From a virus (Duplodnaviria; Caudoviricetes), in the IMG/VR virus record IMGVR_UViG_3300029288_000008, positions 1 to 64,000 of that record: a DNA stretch of 64,000 nucleotides; one strand, written 5' to 3'. Below are positions 36,409 through 46,060 of this stretch, one piece after another. Made by a program: the position numbers and the translations under genes. Numbering within the stretch: position 1 is the stretch's first letter; each line of letters starts with the position of its first letter. The notes below the pieces were generated by a model. That model worked only from the letters and a program-made list of their open reading frames with translations. It was not told the DNA's origin and did no database searches.

Positions 36409-36437
36409 ATTCTACACCCATTCTAAAAAAATGTCAA
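36409..36437 (-). promoter_or_regulatory. promoter of the tRNA operon
   Basis: TTGACA(36437-36432)-17-TAGAAT(36414-36409). Confidence 0.8.
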
Positions 36438-36534
36438 GAGTTTTTCCAACGAGTTTTGGAAATTTGCTATTTTTGGTAAGTTTCGTCTTCTTAATTCGGC
36501 TTGATTATTCAAAACTTTATGCTATAATTAGCCT

Positions 36535-36789
36535 ATGTTGAAACGGATTATAAGAATGGTAAAAAATAAAGTTTGGAAAATTAAGTATAAACACTACCTT
36601 CATTCTAAGGAGTGGGCAGAGAGGCGATTTCTAGTATTATATCGGGATGGGTTTAGGTGTTCTATCTGTGGCGGCACAGAGGAACTAAACGTACACCACA
36701 AAACCTATCAAAATGTATTTCACGAACCGTTATCCGATCTTATAACGCTGTGTAGAAAATGTCATAAAAAGGAGCATAAAAAGAAGTGA
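36535..36789 (+). CDS. HNH endonuclease (probably leaderless)
   Basis: RDGFRCSICG...LNVHH.TY......DLITLCRKCH; TATAAT 6 nt before ATG. Confidence 0.88.
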   Translation: MLKRIIRMVKNKVWKIKYKHYLHSKEWAERRFLVLYRDGFRCSICGGTEELNVHHKTYQNVFHEPLSDLITLCRKCHKKEHKKK

Positions 36790-36980
36790 ACGTCTTAATA
36801 CATCATAATGATGAGGCTGGCGTGGTTTGGTATTCAGTGTGTAAAGAATCTGATCCTGGGTATTGGATAGATTCTTTTGATACCAAAAGAGAAGCAGAGA
36901 AGTTTTGTAGTGATAACGGTTATACAATCGTTGGGTTTTGGTGTTCTATAATCGGATGCAAACAACACAAGGGAGGCTAA
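36786..36980 (+). CDS. hypothetical protein
   Basis: GTGA overlap with the HNH stop. Confidence 0.55.
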   Translation: MNVLIHHNDEAGVVWYSVCKESDPGYWIDSFDTKREAEKFCSDNGYTIVGFWCSIIGCKQHKGG

Positions 36981-36984
36981 ATTA

Positions 36985-38421
36985 TTGGAAATCTTAAAAC
37001 AGATAGAATTGCAGGAACGTGGTGATGCTGAGGTATTATCAGAAATATTTGAGAATAAACTTGTTTTTGACCACGAAGAACGACAGTGGTATATCTTTGA
37101 AAACAACTTCTGGCGAACCGATCATACCAGTCACGTTTATAATTTAGTGGAAGCCGTTGCGAAGTGTTATGAGGCAGCAATCAAACAAGCTGAAATTGAC
37201 CCGGCTAACTCTAAATATAGATTGTATAAGGCGCGTATCAATAGCCTTAGAAATAGAGCCGGTATTAAAAATGCTTTGGAACTGGCTACCGCTAAACTCG
37301 CTCTAAAACAGAAATGGGATTCTAATCCGTTTCTATTGGCTGTAAAGAATGGTGTCATAGAATTAAAAACCGGTGAATTGAGAGAGGGTAAGCCATCGGA
37401 TTATATCCGCAAAGTCGCCGATGTGGAATGGAAGGGACTAGAAGAACCTTGCCCACGCTTTGAACTGTTTATGCAAGAAATGTTTCCAAGAAACCAAGAA
37501 ATTATTGACTTTCTCCAAAGGATGTTTGGGTACTCTATCAGTGGTTTATCGGTTGAACACATTATGCCCGTCTTTTTTGGAGCACAGGGTAGAAACGGTA
37601 AAGATGTGTTATTGTCTACCATCTGCTCGGTATTAGGGGATGATTTAGCCAGTCCCATTTCAAAAGAGGTTTTATTAAGTGGACTTAAATCACCCGGTGC
37701 GAGTGCTCCATTCCTGTATGAGTTACAGGGTAAGCGGTTGGTTTACTCCGATGAAACCAGCGAAGGTGCCGGATTTGATGAAAGCCAAGTTAAAATGCTA
37801 TCCGGTGGCGCTCCTTTCGTTGCCAAAAAGTTGTATATGCAACCAACGATCATACATCCTGAGTATCTTTTAGTTCTGATAACTAACAATCGCCCGGTGG
37901 TAAGCGCAGAAGATGATGCTATCTGGGAACGGCTGGTATTAGTACAGTTCACTGAAAGATTTGTAGACAATCCTATTTATGACAACGAACATCCTCAAGA
38001 CAAATACTTGAAGTATAAATTAGAAGAAGAAAAGAGCGGTATACTCGCTTGGTTAGTTAGAGGCTTTTTACAGTGGCAAGAAAAAGGTTTAGACATTCCC
38101 GACAGTGTAAAATACACCACAGACAATTACAGGACAGAACAAGATGCGGTAGGCCGTTTTATAGATACCGAATGTATCATAGACAATGATGAAAAGGTAT
38201 CGGCTTCAAATATCTTTAGATGTTATGAACAGTGGACACAAACCGATAGTGTTAAGAAATTAAATAGTAGAGAATTCGCCCGCAAATTGGAAGCGAAGGG
38301 CTTCCAGAAACGGCGCTATGCTGAAGGCTACTTCTATTTAGGGCTGAACATAAAACCGACAGTCGAAATGGAACTTGAGAAATACTTAGAAGAGATACAA
38401 CAACTAGAAGAACCCGCCTAA
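36985..38421 (+). CDS. P4/D5-like SF3 helicase (D5_N plus ATPase), no primase domain
   Basis: D.NPFLLAVKNGVIELKTG, GAQGRNGKD, YSDET, LSGG, TNNRP, DDAIWERL. Confidence 0.88.
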   Translation: MEILKQIELQERGDAEVLSEIFENKLVFDHEERQWYIFENNFWRTDHTSHVYNLVEAVAKCYEAAIKQAEIDPANSKYRLYKARINSLRNRAGIKNALELATAKLALKQKWDSNPFLLAVKNGVIELKTGELREGKPSDYIRKVADVEWKGLEEPCPRFELFMQEMFPRNQEIIDFLQRMFGYSISGLSVEHIMPVFFGAQGRNGKDVLLSTICSVLGDDLASPISKEVLLSGLKSPGASAPFLYELQGKRLVYSDETSEGAGFDESQVKMLSGGAPFVAKKLYMQPTIIHPEYLLVLITNNRPVVSAEDDAIWERLVLVQFTERFVDNPIYDNEHPQDKYLKYKLEEEKSGILAWLVRGFLQWQEKGLDIPDSVKYTTDNYRTEQDAVGRFIDTECIIDNDEKVSASNIFRCYEQWTQTDSVKKLNSREFARKLEAKGFQKRRYAEGYFYLGLNIKPTVEMELEKYLEEIQQLEEPA

Positions 38422-38449
38422 AGGGTTCTTTTTTTGTTGTCAGGATGTA

Positions 38450-38690
38450 TGAATGTACCATAATGTACCCATTTTCATAAACTCTCTATAATTTAATTTA
38501 GTATATTTTTTTATATATTTCATGGAAAAGGTACATTTCATACATTGGGTACATCTATATTAAGATTCTTATAATTTATATTTATTTTCTGTAAGAATAT
38601 TAAGTTGTATATTAAGATTATTAAGGCAACTGATAAGAAAATTAAGTGTACCTATTTTTGAAATGGTACACTATCATACATCTTATGTGA
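38450..38690. repeat. putative replication origin (TGTACC iterons around an AT-rich core)
   Basis: TGTACC near 38454, 38464, 38647; GGTACA near 38530, 38548, 38665; extremely AT-rich 38555-38645. Confidence 0.6.
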
Positions 38691-38761
38691 CTAGTCAACA
38701 ATAATTAAGCGGATTACATGGTGTAATCCGCTTAATTTTCTTGAGTATGGTATTTCAAAGA

Positions 38762-39064
38762 TTAAAGTATATCATACCAATATTGTAGTTTTTCTTTCGA
38801 CCGTTGGGATTTTTTAAGGTCAAGAGTTACATTGTTCTCCCAATCGTTTATTAACAGTTGCCTTACTTGTTGTTTGTATACATCTTCTGTTTTTGGCTGT
38901 TTTTCAAATCGTTTTGTGAATCTGTCTTTTTTGTCGTATGGGGTTGTTTCTAAAATGTAGTTGCGATATTCTAGCCAAGAGTTAAACGATTCTGGAAGAT
39001 CGTTGTTGTTGTAAATGTAACTATCTTTTGCGTACAGGGCAGCGGAATTAGCGTCTTTGAACAT
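38762..39064 (-). CDS. hypothetical protein, possibly the C-terminal fragment of a larger (IbrA/PAPS-reductase-like) gene
   Basis: No clear RBS; LP..F.SW.EYRNYIL...QQVRQLLINDWE resembles that family from memory only. Confidence 0.35.
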   Translation of the reverse strand: MFKDANSAALYAKDSYIYNNNDLPESFNSWLEYRNYILETTPYDKKDRFTKRFEKQPKTEDVYKQQVRQLLINDWENNVTLDLKKSQRSKEKLQYWYDIL

Positions 39065-39234
39065 ACTACAACTCTCAGTAATGGAGTTGTTGGAAAAGGT
39101 TGGACATACGAAGAATCGTTGATTGATGCAGTTGAAGGTTGCGAATATTGCGATTGGTTAATCGCCAGCGATTTAATTAAATAACATTCTTACATATAAA
39201 AGACCGGTGAAAATCCGGTCTTTTTTTTGTGTCT

Positions 39235-39262
39235 TTGACTGCAAGAAATATTGTGGTATAAT
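39235..39262 (+). promoter_or_regulatory. TTGACT-GCAA class promoter (portal)
   Basis: TTGACTGCAA...TGTGGTATAAT, spacer 16. Confidence 0.75.
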
Positions 39263-39296
39263 AAGGTAAACGCATATTTGCTTTATTAGGGGATAT

Positions 39297-41438
39297 ATGG
39301 AAAATAAAGTTGTAGAGTCGAGTGTACAAGTCAAAGATAGGAATTATTGGAATTCTACCATTTTTAGAATGGCGGCACAATACGATATAACGCCAACTTG
39401 GTGGACTCCTAGCAGGGATGCATTCTTTAGGGGATACTGGTATCAAGAGGACTTTCTGGCAAGTGCCATCTATGCCATTGCGAACCGTAACGCTGCCTTT
39501 GGTTGGCAATTAACCGGATTAGATGATGATGTAAAAAGAGCACAGCAGCTTTTGCAGTTTGCAGAATTTGGAGAGGGTTGGCAACAACTCATAATTAAAA
39601 CTTCTACCGACCTGCTAACACAGGATAACGGGGCATTTATAGAAGTTATCCGACCGGCCAGGGTAAGAATTGACGGTAAATCTTTACCAGCAGTTAAAGA
39701 GTATTATGAAAGCGATAATGCAGAATGGTTTGCATTCGATGGCGGCAAAAGAATAGCGGCAAAGGGCTACGATGTATATGATTCTCCATTAGACTTACCC
39801 ATTGGGATTGCTCATTTAGATTCTGGGCAATGTCAAAGAACTGGCGACCCTGAGACACCCGTTTTATATACCGATAGGAACGGAAAAAAACACGCCTTAA
39901 AATGGTGGCAAGTTTTAATGTTCAATGAGATGCCGTCACCGATTGAAAAAATGAATGGGGTTGGAATGTGTGCAGTATCGCGCCTGTTTAGGTCAAGCCA
40001 TATCATGCAATCCATATCTCTATACAATGATGAAAAGATAAGTGGGCGTTTTAACCGGGCTGTATTTCTGACAAATGTAGACCCGGATACAATCAATGAT
40101 GCCATTGCCCTTGCAGAGAATGACGCCGATAATAAAGGACTAATCCGATACAGCCAACCGATTGTAGCAGCAACGCTTGATCCGACTTCGCAAGTATCCC
40201 TAGAAACAATAAACCTTGCAGAAATACCCGACAACTTTAATTTCAATGATGTACAGAACTGGTATATTGCAAATCTAGCCCTAGCTTTGGGTGTTGATTA
40301 TGGTTTCCTTGCGCCGTTACCGGGTAAGGGTTTGGGAAGTGCTTCACAGTCTGAAACGATGGAAAGACAATCTAGGGGAAAGTCAAGCCGTCTGTTTATG
40401 GACATGATTTCTAATGCAGTAAACTTCAAGGGGATTTTACCAGAATCGGTACAGTTTGAATTTATCGAAAAGGATTCTGAAGAAGATGCTAGAATCGAAA
40501 AAGTAAGAATGGATAGGGCAAAGCGGTATCAGGTTTATGGGGAAATGGGATGGATAACACCAACCGTAGCACAACAAATGCTTGCCGATGAAGGGGACAT
40601 ACCAGAGGTTTATGTGGAACAGATGGGGCAAGAGGACACAACCCCCGTAACCACTACTGAAGGGGACGAAAACGTAGAGGCAACAGAAGAACAAGCTGAA
40701 GGAATAGAAGAAAGTGAGCAAGTCAAAGAAAGACAAAAACAACTATTCAAAAGACCGTCGTTGGTTAAACGTATTAAAAATGTTACGGCAAAAATTTTCA
40801 AGAAAAAACAAGTCGAAGCCCCGGAAGTAGATAACCAATCATTGCAAGAAGCTTTGGATAATTATTCTGAGGAACTAGAAACCCTTACCCTAAGAGCCAA
40901 TAATGGCGAGTTGACACAAGCCGAATTTGAGAATCAGCTATCAAATATGGTTACACTTTCTCTAATGGCTATCTATTCTCAAATGGTGGGGAAAGACCCC
41001 GAGGACTTTACAGAAGAAGAACAAGACCGATTGGATGAATACGTTAATGTAAACCTTGAAAGTGTAGGGCAATTAGCAGATGATATTTACTCGGATAAGT
41101 ACCAGGATACAGAAGATCGGGATGGAACGGCGATGTTGTTGGTAAGGATGGGTTTATGGGTAATGAATGCTTATGCTCTAGCTACATTGGGGATGTTGAA
41201 TAACCCATCAAATCAAGAAAATAAATTACGATGGAACTTAGGAACGGCGGAGCATTGTTCTACTTGTTTGGCTTTAGATGGTCAAATTCATACAGTTAGC
41301 GAGTGGAATGATAGCGGATTCTATCCAGGAAATACCAGTTTACTGCTATGCAATGGCTTTAACTGCGCATGCAGATTTTCGGACGTAAGTCCGAGTACGC
41401 CAAGTCAAGGAAGTTTTAATTCAGTTCCAACTAAATAA
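39297..41438 (+). CDS. portal protein fused to a MuF/SPP1 gp7-like head morphogenesis domain
   Basis: Portal-like N-terminal about 450 aa; acidic linker; C-terminal W......HC.TC..LDG...PG...C.G.NC.C. Confidence 0.7.
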   Translation: MENKVVESSVQVKDRNYWNSTIFRMAAQYDITPTWWTPSRDAFFRGYWYQEDFLASAIYAIANRNAAFGWQLTGLDDDVKRAQQLLQFAEFGEGWQQLIIKTSTDLLTQDNGAFIEVIRPARVRIDGKSLPAVKEYYESDNAEWFAFDGGKRIAAKGYDVYDSPLDLPIGIAHLDSGQCQRTGDPETPVLYTDRNGKKHALKWWQVLMFNEMPSPIEKMNGVGMCAVSRLFRSSHIMQSISLYNDEKISGRFNRAVFLTNVDPDTINDAIALAENDADNKGLIRYSQPIVAATLDPTSQVSLETINLAEIPDNFNFNDVQNWYIANLALALGVDYGFLAPLPGKGLGSASQSETMERQSRGKSSRLFMDMISNAVNFKGILPESVQFEFIEKDSEEDARIEKVRMDRAKRYQVYGEMGWITPTVAQQMLADEGDIPEVYVEQMGQEDTTPVTTTEGDENVEATEEQAEGIEESEQVKERQKQLFKRPSLVKRIKNVTAKIFKKKQVEAPEVDNQSLQEALDNYSEELETLTLRANNGELTQAEFENQLSNMVTLSLMAIYSQMVGKDPEDFTEEEQDRLDEYVNVNLESVGQLADDIYSDKYQDTEDRDGTAMLLVRMGLWVMNAYALATLGMLNNPSNQENKLRWNLGTAEHCSTCLALDGQIHTVSEWNDSGFYPGNTSLLLCNGFNCACRFSDVSPSTPSQGSFNSVPTK

Positions 41439-41453
41439 TTTTTACAATCAATT

Positions 41454-41699
41454 TTATCGTTTTGTGTTTTCCCATTCGCTGTAATCTTTACAGAATGCCT
41501 TAATGGTGTCTTGCACATAATCTATAAGTTCTACAAATGATTTGCCGTAAGGTGTATTAGCAAACAGAAAACTAAAACAATCGCTATACACCCCATAGTT
41601 TTCATTGTCGGTATATTCTATCTCTACCAATACCTTACGATCATACATCAAACTAGCATGACTTCCCCATCGTTGCTTTTTTGTTTTCCATTCAAACAT
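41454..41699 (-). CDS. hypothetical protein
   Basis: Convergent with portal. Confidence 0.55.
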   Translation of the reverse strand: MFEWKTKKQRWGSHASLMYDRKVLVEIEYTDNENYGVYSDCFSFLFANTPYGKSFVELIDYVQDTIKAFCKDYSEWENTKR

Positions 41700-41703
41700 A
41701 AGA

Positions 41704-41952
41704 TTACCTCATATACCAGATGTTAAAATCAATACAAAAGTTCCTAATTAAGTCTTCTACCGATTTCTTAACCGTTTCAATATCGGTTGAGCAGAGAGTG
41801 GTATCATTGAATCCGAATACATTATCAGACAACATACAGTAGATAAAAAAGAAGTCTCTCAACTGAATAATCTTAAATGCTAGTAGGTATTTACTAAAGT
41901 ATAAATAATGCTTGTTGTCCTCTTGCTCCCATCTAAAGTTCATCTTTGACAA
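41704..41952 (-). CDS. hypothetical protein
   Basis: RBS AAAGGAG. Confidence 0.6.
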   Translation of the reverse strand: MSKMNFRWEQEDNKHYLYFSKYLLAFKIIQLRDFFFIYCMLSDNVFGFNDTTLCSTDIETVKKSVEDLIRNFCIDFNIWYMR

Positions 41953-42042
41953 TCTCCTTTGTTTATGGTATAATGATGCTAATTATAATTATTGTTAAAT
42001 AATGCATCCAAGCAATCAAAGGCTTATGGTGCATTATTTTTT
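41946..42042 (+). ncRNA. dispersed small-RNA unit 6
   Basis: TTGACA-17-TATAAT, then TATAATTATTG; hairpin AATAATGCA/TGCATTATT with CATCCAAGCAA. Confidence 0.55.
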
Positions 42043-42047
42043 GTTTG

Positions 42048-42506
42048 CTAATCCCACCAGTTTTGCAGTTTCTCTTTCAGTGTATTGAATACGAATTCAA
42101 AGTCTTGTTGTTTAAGATCATCTGAGCGACGGTTTAACGATTGCCAGATTTTTAACGCTCTATCATTATCGGTTGAGTCTGGGAAGTGTAATCGAAACGG
42201 GTTAGTTGTACCACAGATATAACCGTGTTTTTCATACAGTAGATCATACCACTGTTTATTGTAATCATCATTCAGGTATCGCTTTAGCGCATCTAATGCG
42301 TCGCCGATTTCTATGGATAGGTCTTTTGCATCTATACATACGGTTAGTTTATCGTTTGCAAAAAACTCTTGCATATTGTGTAACTTAAACGATAAAATAT
42401 CGAGTAGATACCCATAATCAAAATCGGCATCATTCCATAAGATCGGTAGCCAGCGTATAATGTTTTTAAGGCGTCGTATTAGTGTTTTCATCGGTCGGTT
42501 CCTCAA
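42048..42506 (-). CDS. hypothetical phage protein
   Basis: RW.PILWND.DFDY.YLL..L..KL..M...WWD pattern. Confidence 0.7.
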   Translation of the reverse strand: MRNRPMKTLIRRLKNIIRWLPILWNDADFDYGYLLDILSFKLHNMQEFFANDKLTVCIDAKDLSIEIGDALDALKRYLNDDYNKQWYDLLYEKHGYICGTTNPFRLHFPDSTDNDRALKIWQSLNRRSDDLKQQDFEFVFNTLKEKLQNWWD

Positions 42507-42711
42507 TGATCATAAAGTGAGTAACCACATAATAATTACAGTCAGAAGTTTTTTCAATATTCTGTGGCAAAAAATAAAATCCGTCATATTCACAAATATC
42601 GAAATCTGTAATAACATCTGCGTGCGGCCCAACATAAAATTCAATAAAGCATAAAACCAATTCGTTTTTGTTTAATACCTTCTCTGCATTCTCTTCCGAT
42701 TCCCATTTCAT
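42466..42711 (-). CDS. hypothetical protein (DUF551-like VTHFM..P tail)
   Basis: RBS AAGGAG. Confidence 0.55.
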   Translation of the reverse strand: MKWESEENAEKVLNKNELVLCFIEFYVGPHADVITDFDICEYDGFYFLPQNIEKTSDCNYYVVTHFMIIEEPTDENTNTTP

Positions 42712-42732
42712 TGTAATATCTCCTTTTCAGAT

Positions 42733-42828
42733 ATAAAAATGCCCCATAGACCGTTTGAGGCTTGGAAGCATTTCTATATTTATAATAATGGTGGTTAGTA
42801 TTATACCACTAGAATGGCAATTCGTCAA
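42733..42828 (-). ncRNA. dispersed small-RNA unit 7
   Basis: TTGACG-17-TATAAT; hairpin AAATGC/GCATTT with CTTCCAAGCCT and U-run. Confidence 0.4.
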
Positions 42829-43135
42829 ATTGTTGTTTAAGTTCAAGTTGACGTTCTTTTAACAGTTCCTTCCAGACTCTACCAAAAGCTATTTTACGCC
42901 CAAGTCGGTAGTTGAAATTGTCAATTGTATTACAATGGGCAACTCCTACGAATTCTCTACCGTCTTCTAATACCAAACGGCAGATGGTCATACCACCCCT
43001 ACCTGACGGTACGAATGTTTTGAAATTGCGCTTGTAGCGGTAAAGCCGATCTGATGTATACAAATTGTCGGTATTGCGTTTGTTGTTTTGTTCAGGATAA
43101 CGCCAATGCTCGTAAATTACTCTAATGACCTTCAT
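42809..43135 (-). CDS. hypothetical phage protein
   Basis: GG.T...L......VGVA.C...DNFN..LGR.IA.GR; RBS favours ATG 43135. Confidence 0.65.
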   Translation of the reverse strand: MKVIRVIYEHWRYPEQNNKRNTDNLYTSDRLYRYKRNFKTFVPSGRGGMTICRLVLEDGREFVGVAHCNTIDNFNYRLGRKIAFGRVWKELLKERQLELKQQFDELPF

Positions 43136-43262
43136 TTCAAATTCTCCTTTTGTAATCAGATAAAAGCATTGTAGCACTATTGTAAAATCTGTCAATACCC
43201 AATTTTGATTTAATGTTGTTTTGTGGTATAATGTTTTTTACTCATTAAATTTTGGAGGTTAT

Positions 43263-45998
43263 ATGTCTAATCTTGTAGAAAGTTATTTGAATGAATTGGA
43301 TTGGAGAGTTAGAGAAAACAGTAATGCAAGCTTTTCGTATCAGGGGTTAAATCAACACGTTGCAACCAGCGTTGTGTCTAAGTATTGGCTGGATAATGTG
43401 TATAGTAAAGATGTGGCTAATGCTCATATAAATGGAGATATGCACATACACGATTTGGGAATGTTGACGGCTTATTGTTGCGGATGGGATTTATACGATT
43501 TGTTGTCTAGGGGTTTTGGTGGGGTTTATGGTAAAGTGCAAGCAAGTCCACCAAAGCACTTTAGCAGCGCATTAGGACAGTTGGTAAACTTTATGTATAC
43601 GATGGCAGGGGAATTAGCCGGTGCCGTCGCCGTCTCTAACTTTGATACGTTGCTTGCTCCATTCGTTAGATACGATGGATTAGACTATAAACAAGTTAAA
43701 CAGTTTATACAAGAGTTTGTGTATAATATGAACGCTCCTACCCGGCTCGGGTTCCAAAGCGTTTTTTCAAATCTCACTATGGACTTGACGCCTTCTCCTA
43801 ATTATGTTAATGAGTGTATAGTTATTGGGGGAGAGTTACAAAATCAAACCTATGGTGAATTTCAGTTTGAAATGGATTTAATCAATAAAGCGTTTTGTGA
43901 AGTGATGTTAGAGGGAGATGCTAAGGGCAGAGTTTTTACATTCCCAATTCCAACCTATAATTTACACAAGGAATTCGATTGGGAAAATCAAGAGCTATTG
44001 TGGAAAATGACCGGTAAGTATGGCGTGCCATATTTTGCAAATTTTATCAATAGCGATTTGAAACCAGAAGATACTAGAAGTATGTGTTGTTTTACCGGAA
44101 ACACAAAAATCATATATAGTTACAATGACACAAAATCAATTTCGACATTTCAAAAGTTAAGCACAAAAAACTATGATTTTGTGTATGTTCCGATTTATGG
44201 AAAATGGGAAAAGGCTAAAGTGATAAAGATTCCGTATAACGGAATGTTCTACAGAATTAGATTACGAAATGGAGTTGAGATAACAACTACAGACAATCAT
44301 ATAAACGTTACGAATAACGGAAACAAGGAATCAAAAGAGCTTTGCACAGACGATTATATTGAATTTAGTAATGGCAATATAGATTTTATCGGATATGGTT
44401 CTTATGATTTGGGTTTGTTTGTTGGATTATATTTAGCAGAAGGCTCGCACTTGGGAGATGATGCTATTCAACTTACAATCGGAGAAACAGAATTAGATAT
44501 AGTAGAATTTGTTTCTAATTTCGTTGGAAACAATTTTGCTACACATTGCTCTGTGTGTCCGGGAACGGGAAAATCATTAACAATAGCTATCAGTGATGTA
44601 GTTGTTAGAAAATTTATTGACAGCCTAGTTAGCGGGACGGCATTAACTAAAAAATTAGTTTTTTGGGACAAACTATCAAGGGATATGTTGCGCGGAATAT
44701 TTGACGGATGGTTTTGGGGAGATGGAAAGAAAAACGGAAGTGAAGCATATACTTGTTCAAAAGAGCTTGCAGAACAAATGTTGTTTATTGGAAGAATAAT
44801 TGGTAAACTGTTAAACATCAGAGAAACAAATAGGGTTACTTCATTTGGAGAAAAATCATACAACAGTACATTATATTCATTACACGTTTGTGTTAATAGC
44901 GATAATGGCGGAAGAATATACATATCGAAAAACAATAAGCTGTATGTAAAAATAGAATCAATAGACATTGTTCCTAACGCGAATAAAGTTGCTTTCTGTT
45001 TTGAAATGATGGGTGCAGAGCCGTATTTTGAACTTCCATCTGGACTTGTTACTCATAATTGCCGTCTTAGGCTTGACAGAAAACAGTTGACAAGAAGATC
45101 GGGCGGTTTGTTTGCCGCTTCTGCTTTGACCGGTTCTGTGGGCGTGGTTACTATAAACATTCCTAGAATAGCTTGTAAAGCGCAGTCAATAGAGGAATTT
45201 TATACTATGCTTTCAGAAGTTATGGAACTGGCAAAAGAATCATTAGAAGTTAAACGGGTATTGATTGAAGACTTAACCGGGAAAGGATTGTACCCTTATT
45301 CTACCCATTATTTAGATGGGGTTTACGCCGCTCATAAAAAGTATTGGTACAATCATTTTAGTACTATCGGTTTAGTGGGGATGAATGAGGCTTGCTTGAA
45401 TTTGCTTGGAGTTAGCATAGAATCTAATGTGGGTAAGGAGTTCTCAGAAGAAGTATTACGGTTTATGTTGGATAGGATAACCGAATACCAAAACGAGACT
45501 GGGAATTTATATAACCTCGAAGCGTCTCCTTGTGAATCGGCTACATTCAGAATGGCTAAATGTGATAAAAAATTATATCCTGATATTATCACGGCGGGTA
45601 CTAGTCAAACTCCATTCTATACTAACAGTACTCAATTGCCAGTTGATACCGGCTTTGATATTATTGACGTTTTAGATCATCAGAATTCATTGCAAAGGAT
45701 GTATACCGGGGGAACGGTTGTTCACCTGCTTTTAGGTGAATCGGTAAACAGTTGGGAAACCGTAAGAAATTTTGTTAAAATGGTGGCAACACAGTATGAA
45801 TTGCCATATTTTACCATAACACCTACTTTCAGCGTGTGCAAAAATCATGGGTATATAAATGGAGAGGTTTACGAGTGTCTACAGTGCAATGAAAAGACAG
45901 AAGTTTATAGTAGAGTAGTTGGCTATCTCAGACCGATAAGTAATTGGAACGATGCTAAACAGTTAGAATTTAAGGAGCGCAGTACCTACAAACTTTAG
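43263..45998 (+). CDS. nrdD: anaerobic (class III) ribonucleoside-triphosphate reductase, intein-containing, no ATP cone
   Basis: HIHDL, YCCGW, FTFPIPT, SMC|CRL, GSVGVVT, glycyl-radical YSRVVGYLRP; RBS GGAGG. Confidence 0.95.
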   Translation: MSNLVESYLNELDWRVRENSNASFSYQGLNQHVATSVVSKYWLDNVYSKDVANAHINGDMHIHDLGMLTAYCCGWDLYDLLSRGFGGVYGKVQASPPKHFSSALGQLVNFMYTMAGELAGAVAVSNFDTLLAPFVRYDGLDYKQVKQFIQEFVYNMNAPTRLGFQSVFSNLTMDLTPSPNYVNECIVIGGELQNQTYGEFQFEMDLINKAFCEVMLEGDAKGRVFTFPIPTYNLHKEFDWENQELLWKMTGKYGVPYFANFINSDLKPEDTRSMCCFTGNTKIIYSYNDTKSISTFQKLSTKNYDFVYVPIYGKWEKAKVIKIPYNGMFYRIRLRNGVEITTTDNHINVTNNGNKESKELCTDDYIEFSNGNIDFIGYGSYDLGLFVGLYLAEGSHLGDDAIQLTIGETELDIVEFVSNFVGNNFATHCSVCPGTGKSLTIAISDVVVRKFIDSLVSGTALTKKLVFWDKLSRDMLRGIFDGWFWGDGKKNGSEAYTCSKELAEQMLFIGRIIGKLLNIRETNRVTSFGEKSYNSTLYSLHVCVNSDNGGRIYISKNNKLYVKIESIDIVPNANKVAFCFEMMGAEPYFELPSGLVTHNCRLRLDRKQLTRRSGGLFAASALTGSVGVVTINIPRIACKAQSIEEFYTMLSEVMELAKESLEVKRVLIEDLTGKGLYPYSTHYLDGVYAAHKKYWYNHFSTIGLVGMNEACLNLLGVSIESNVGKEFSEEVLRFMLDRITEYQNETGNLYNLEASPCESATFRMAKCDKKLYPDIITAGTSQTPFYTNSTQLPVDTGFDIIDVLDHQNSLQRMYTGGTVVHLLLGESVNSWETVRNFVKMVATQYELPYFTITPTFSVCKNHGYINGEVYECLQCNEKTEVYSRVVGYLRPISNWNDAKQLEFKERSTYKL
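44088..45059 (+). mobile_element. intein (324 aa) with LAGLIDADG-type homing endonuclease
   Basis: Starts CFTGNT, ends LVTHN before Cys; GLYLAEGS and GWFWGDG motifs; splicing restores SMCCRLRLD. Confidence 0.93.
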
Positions 45999-46060
45999 GG
46001 TATTGACACAAATCGCAGTTGTGATAAAATACGTTTAGTTGATAGATAAAGGAGAATCCA

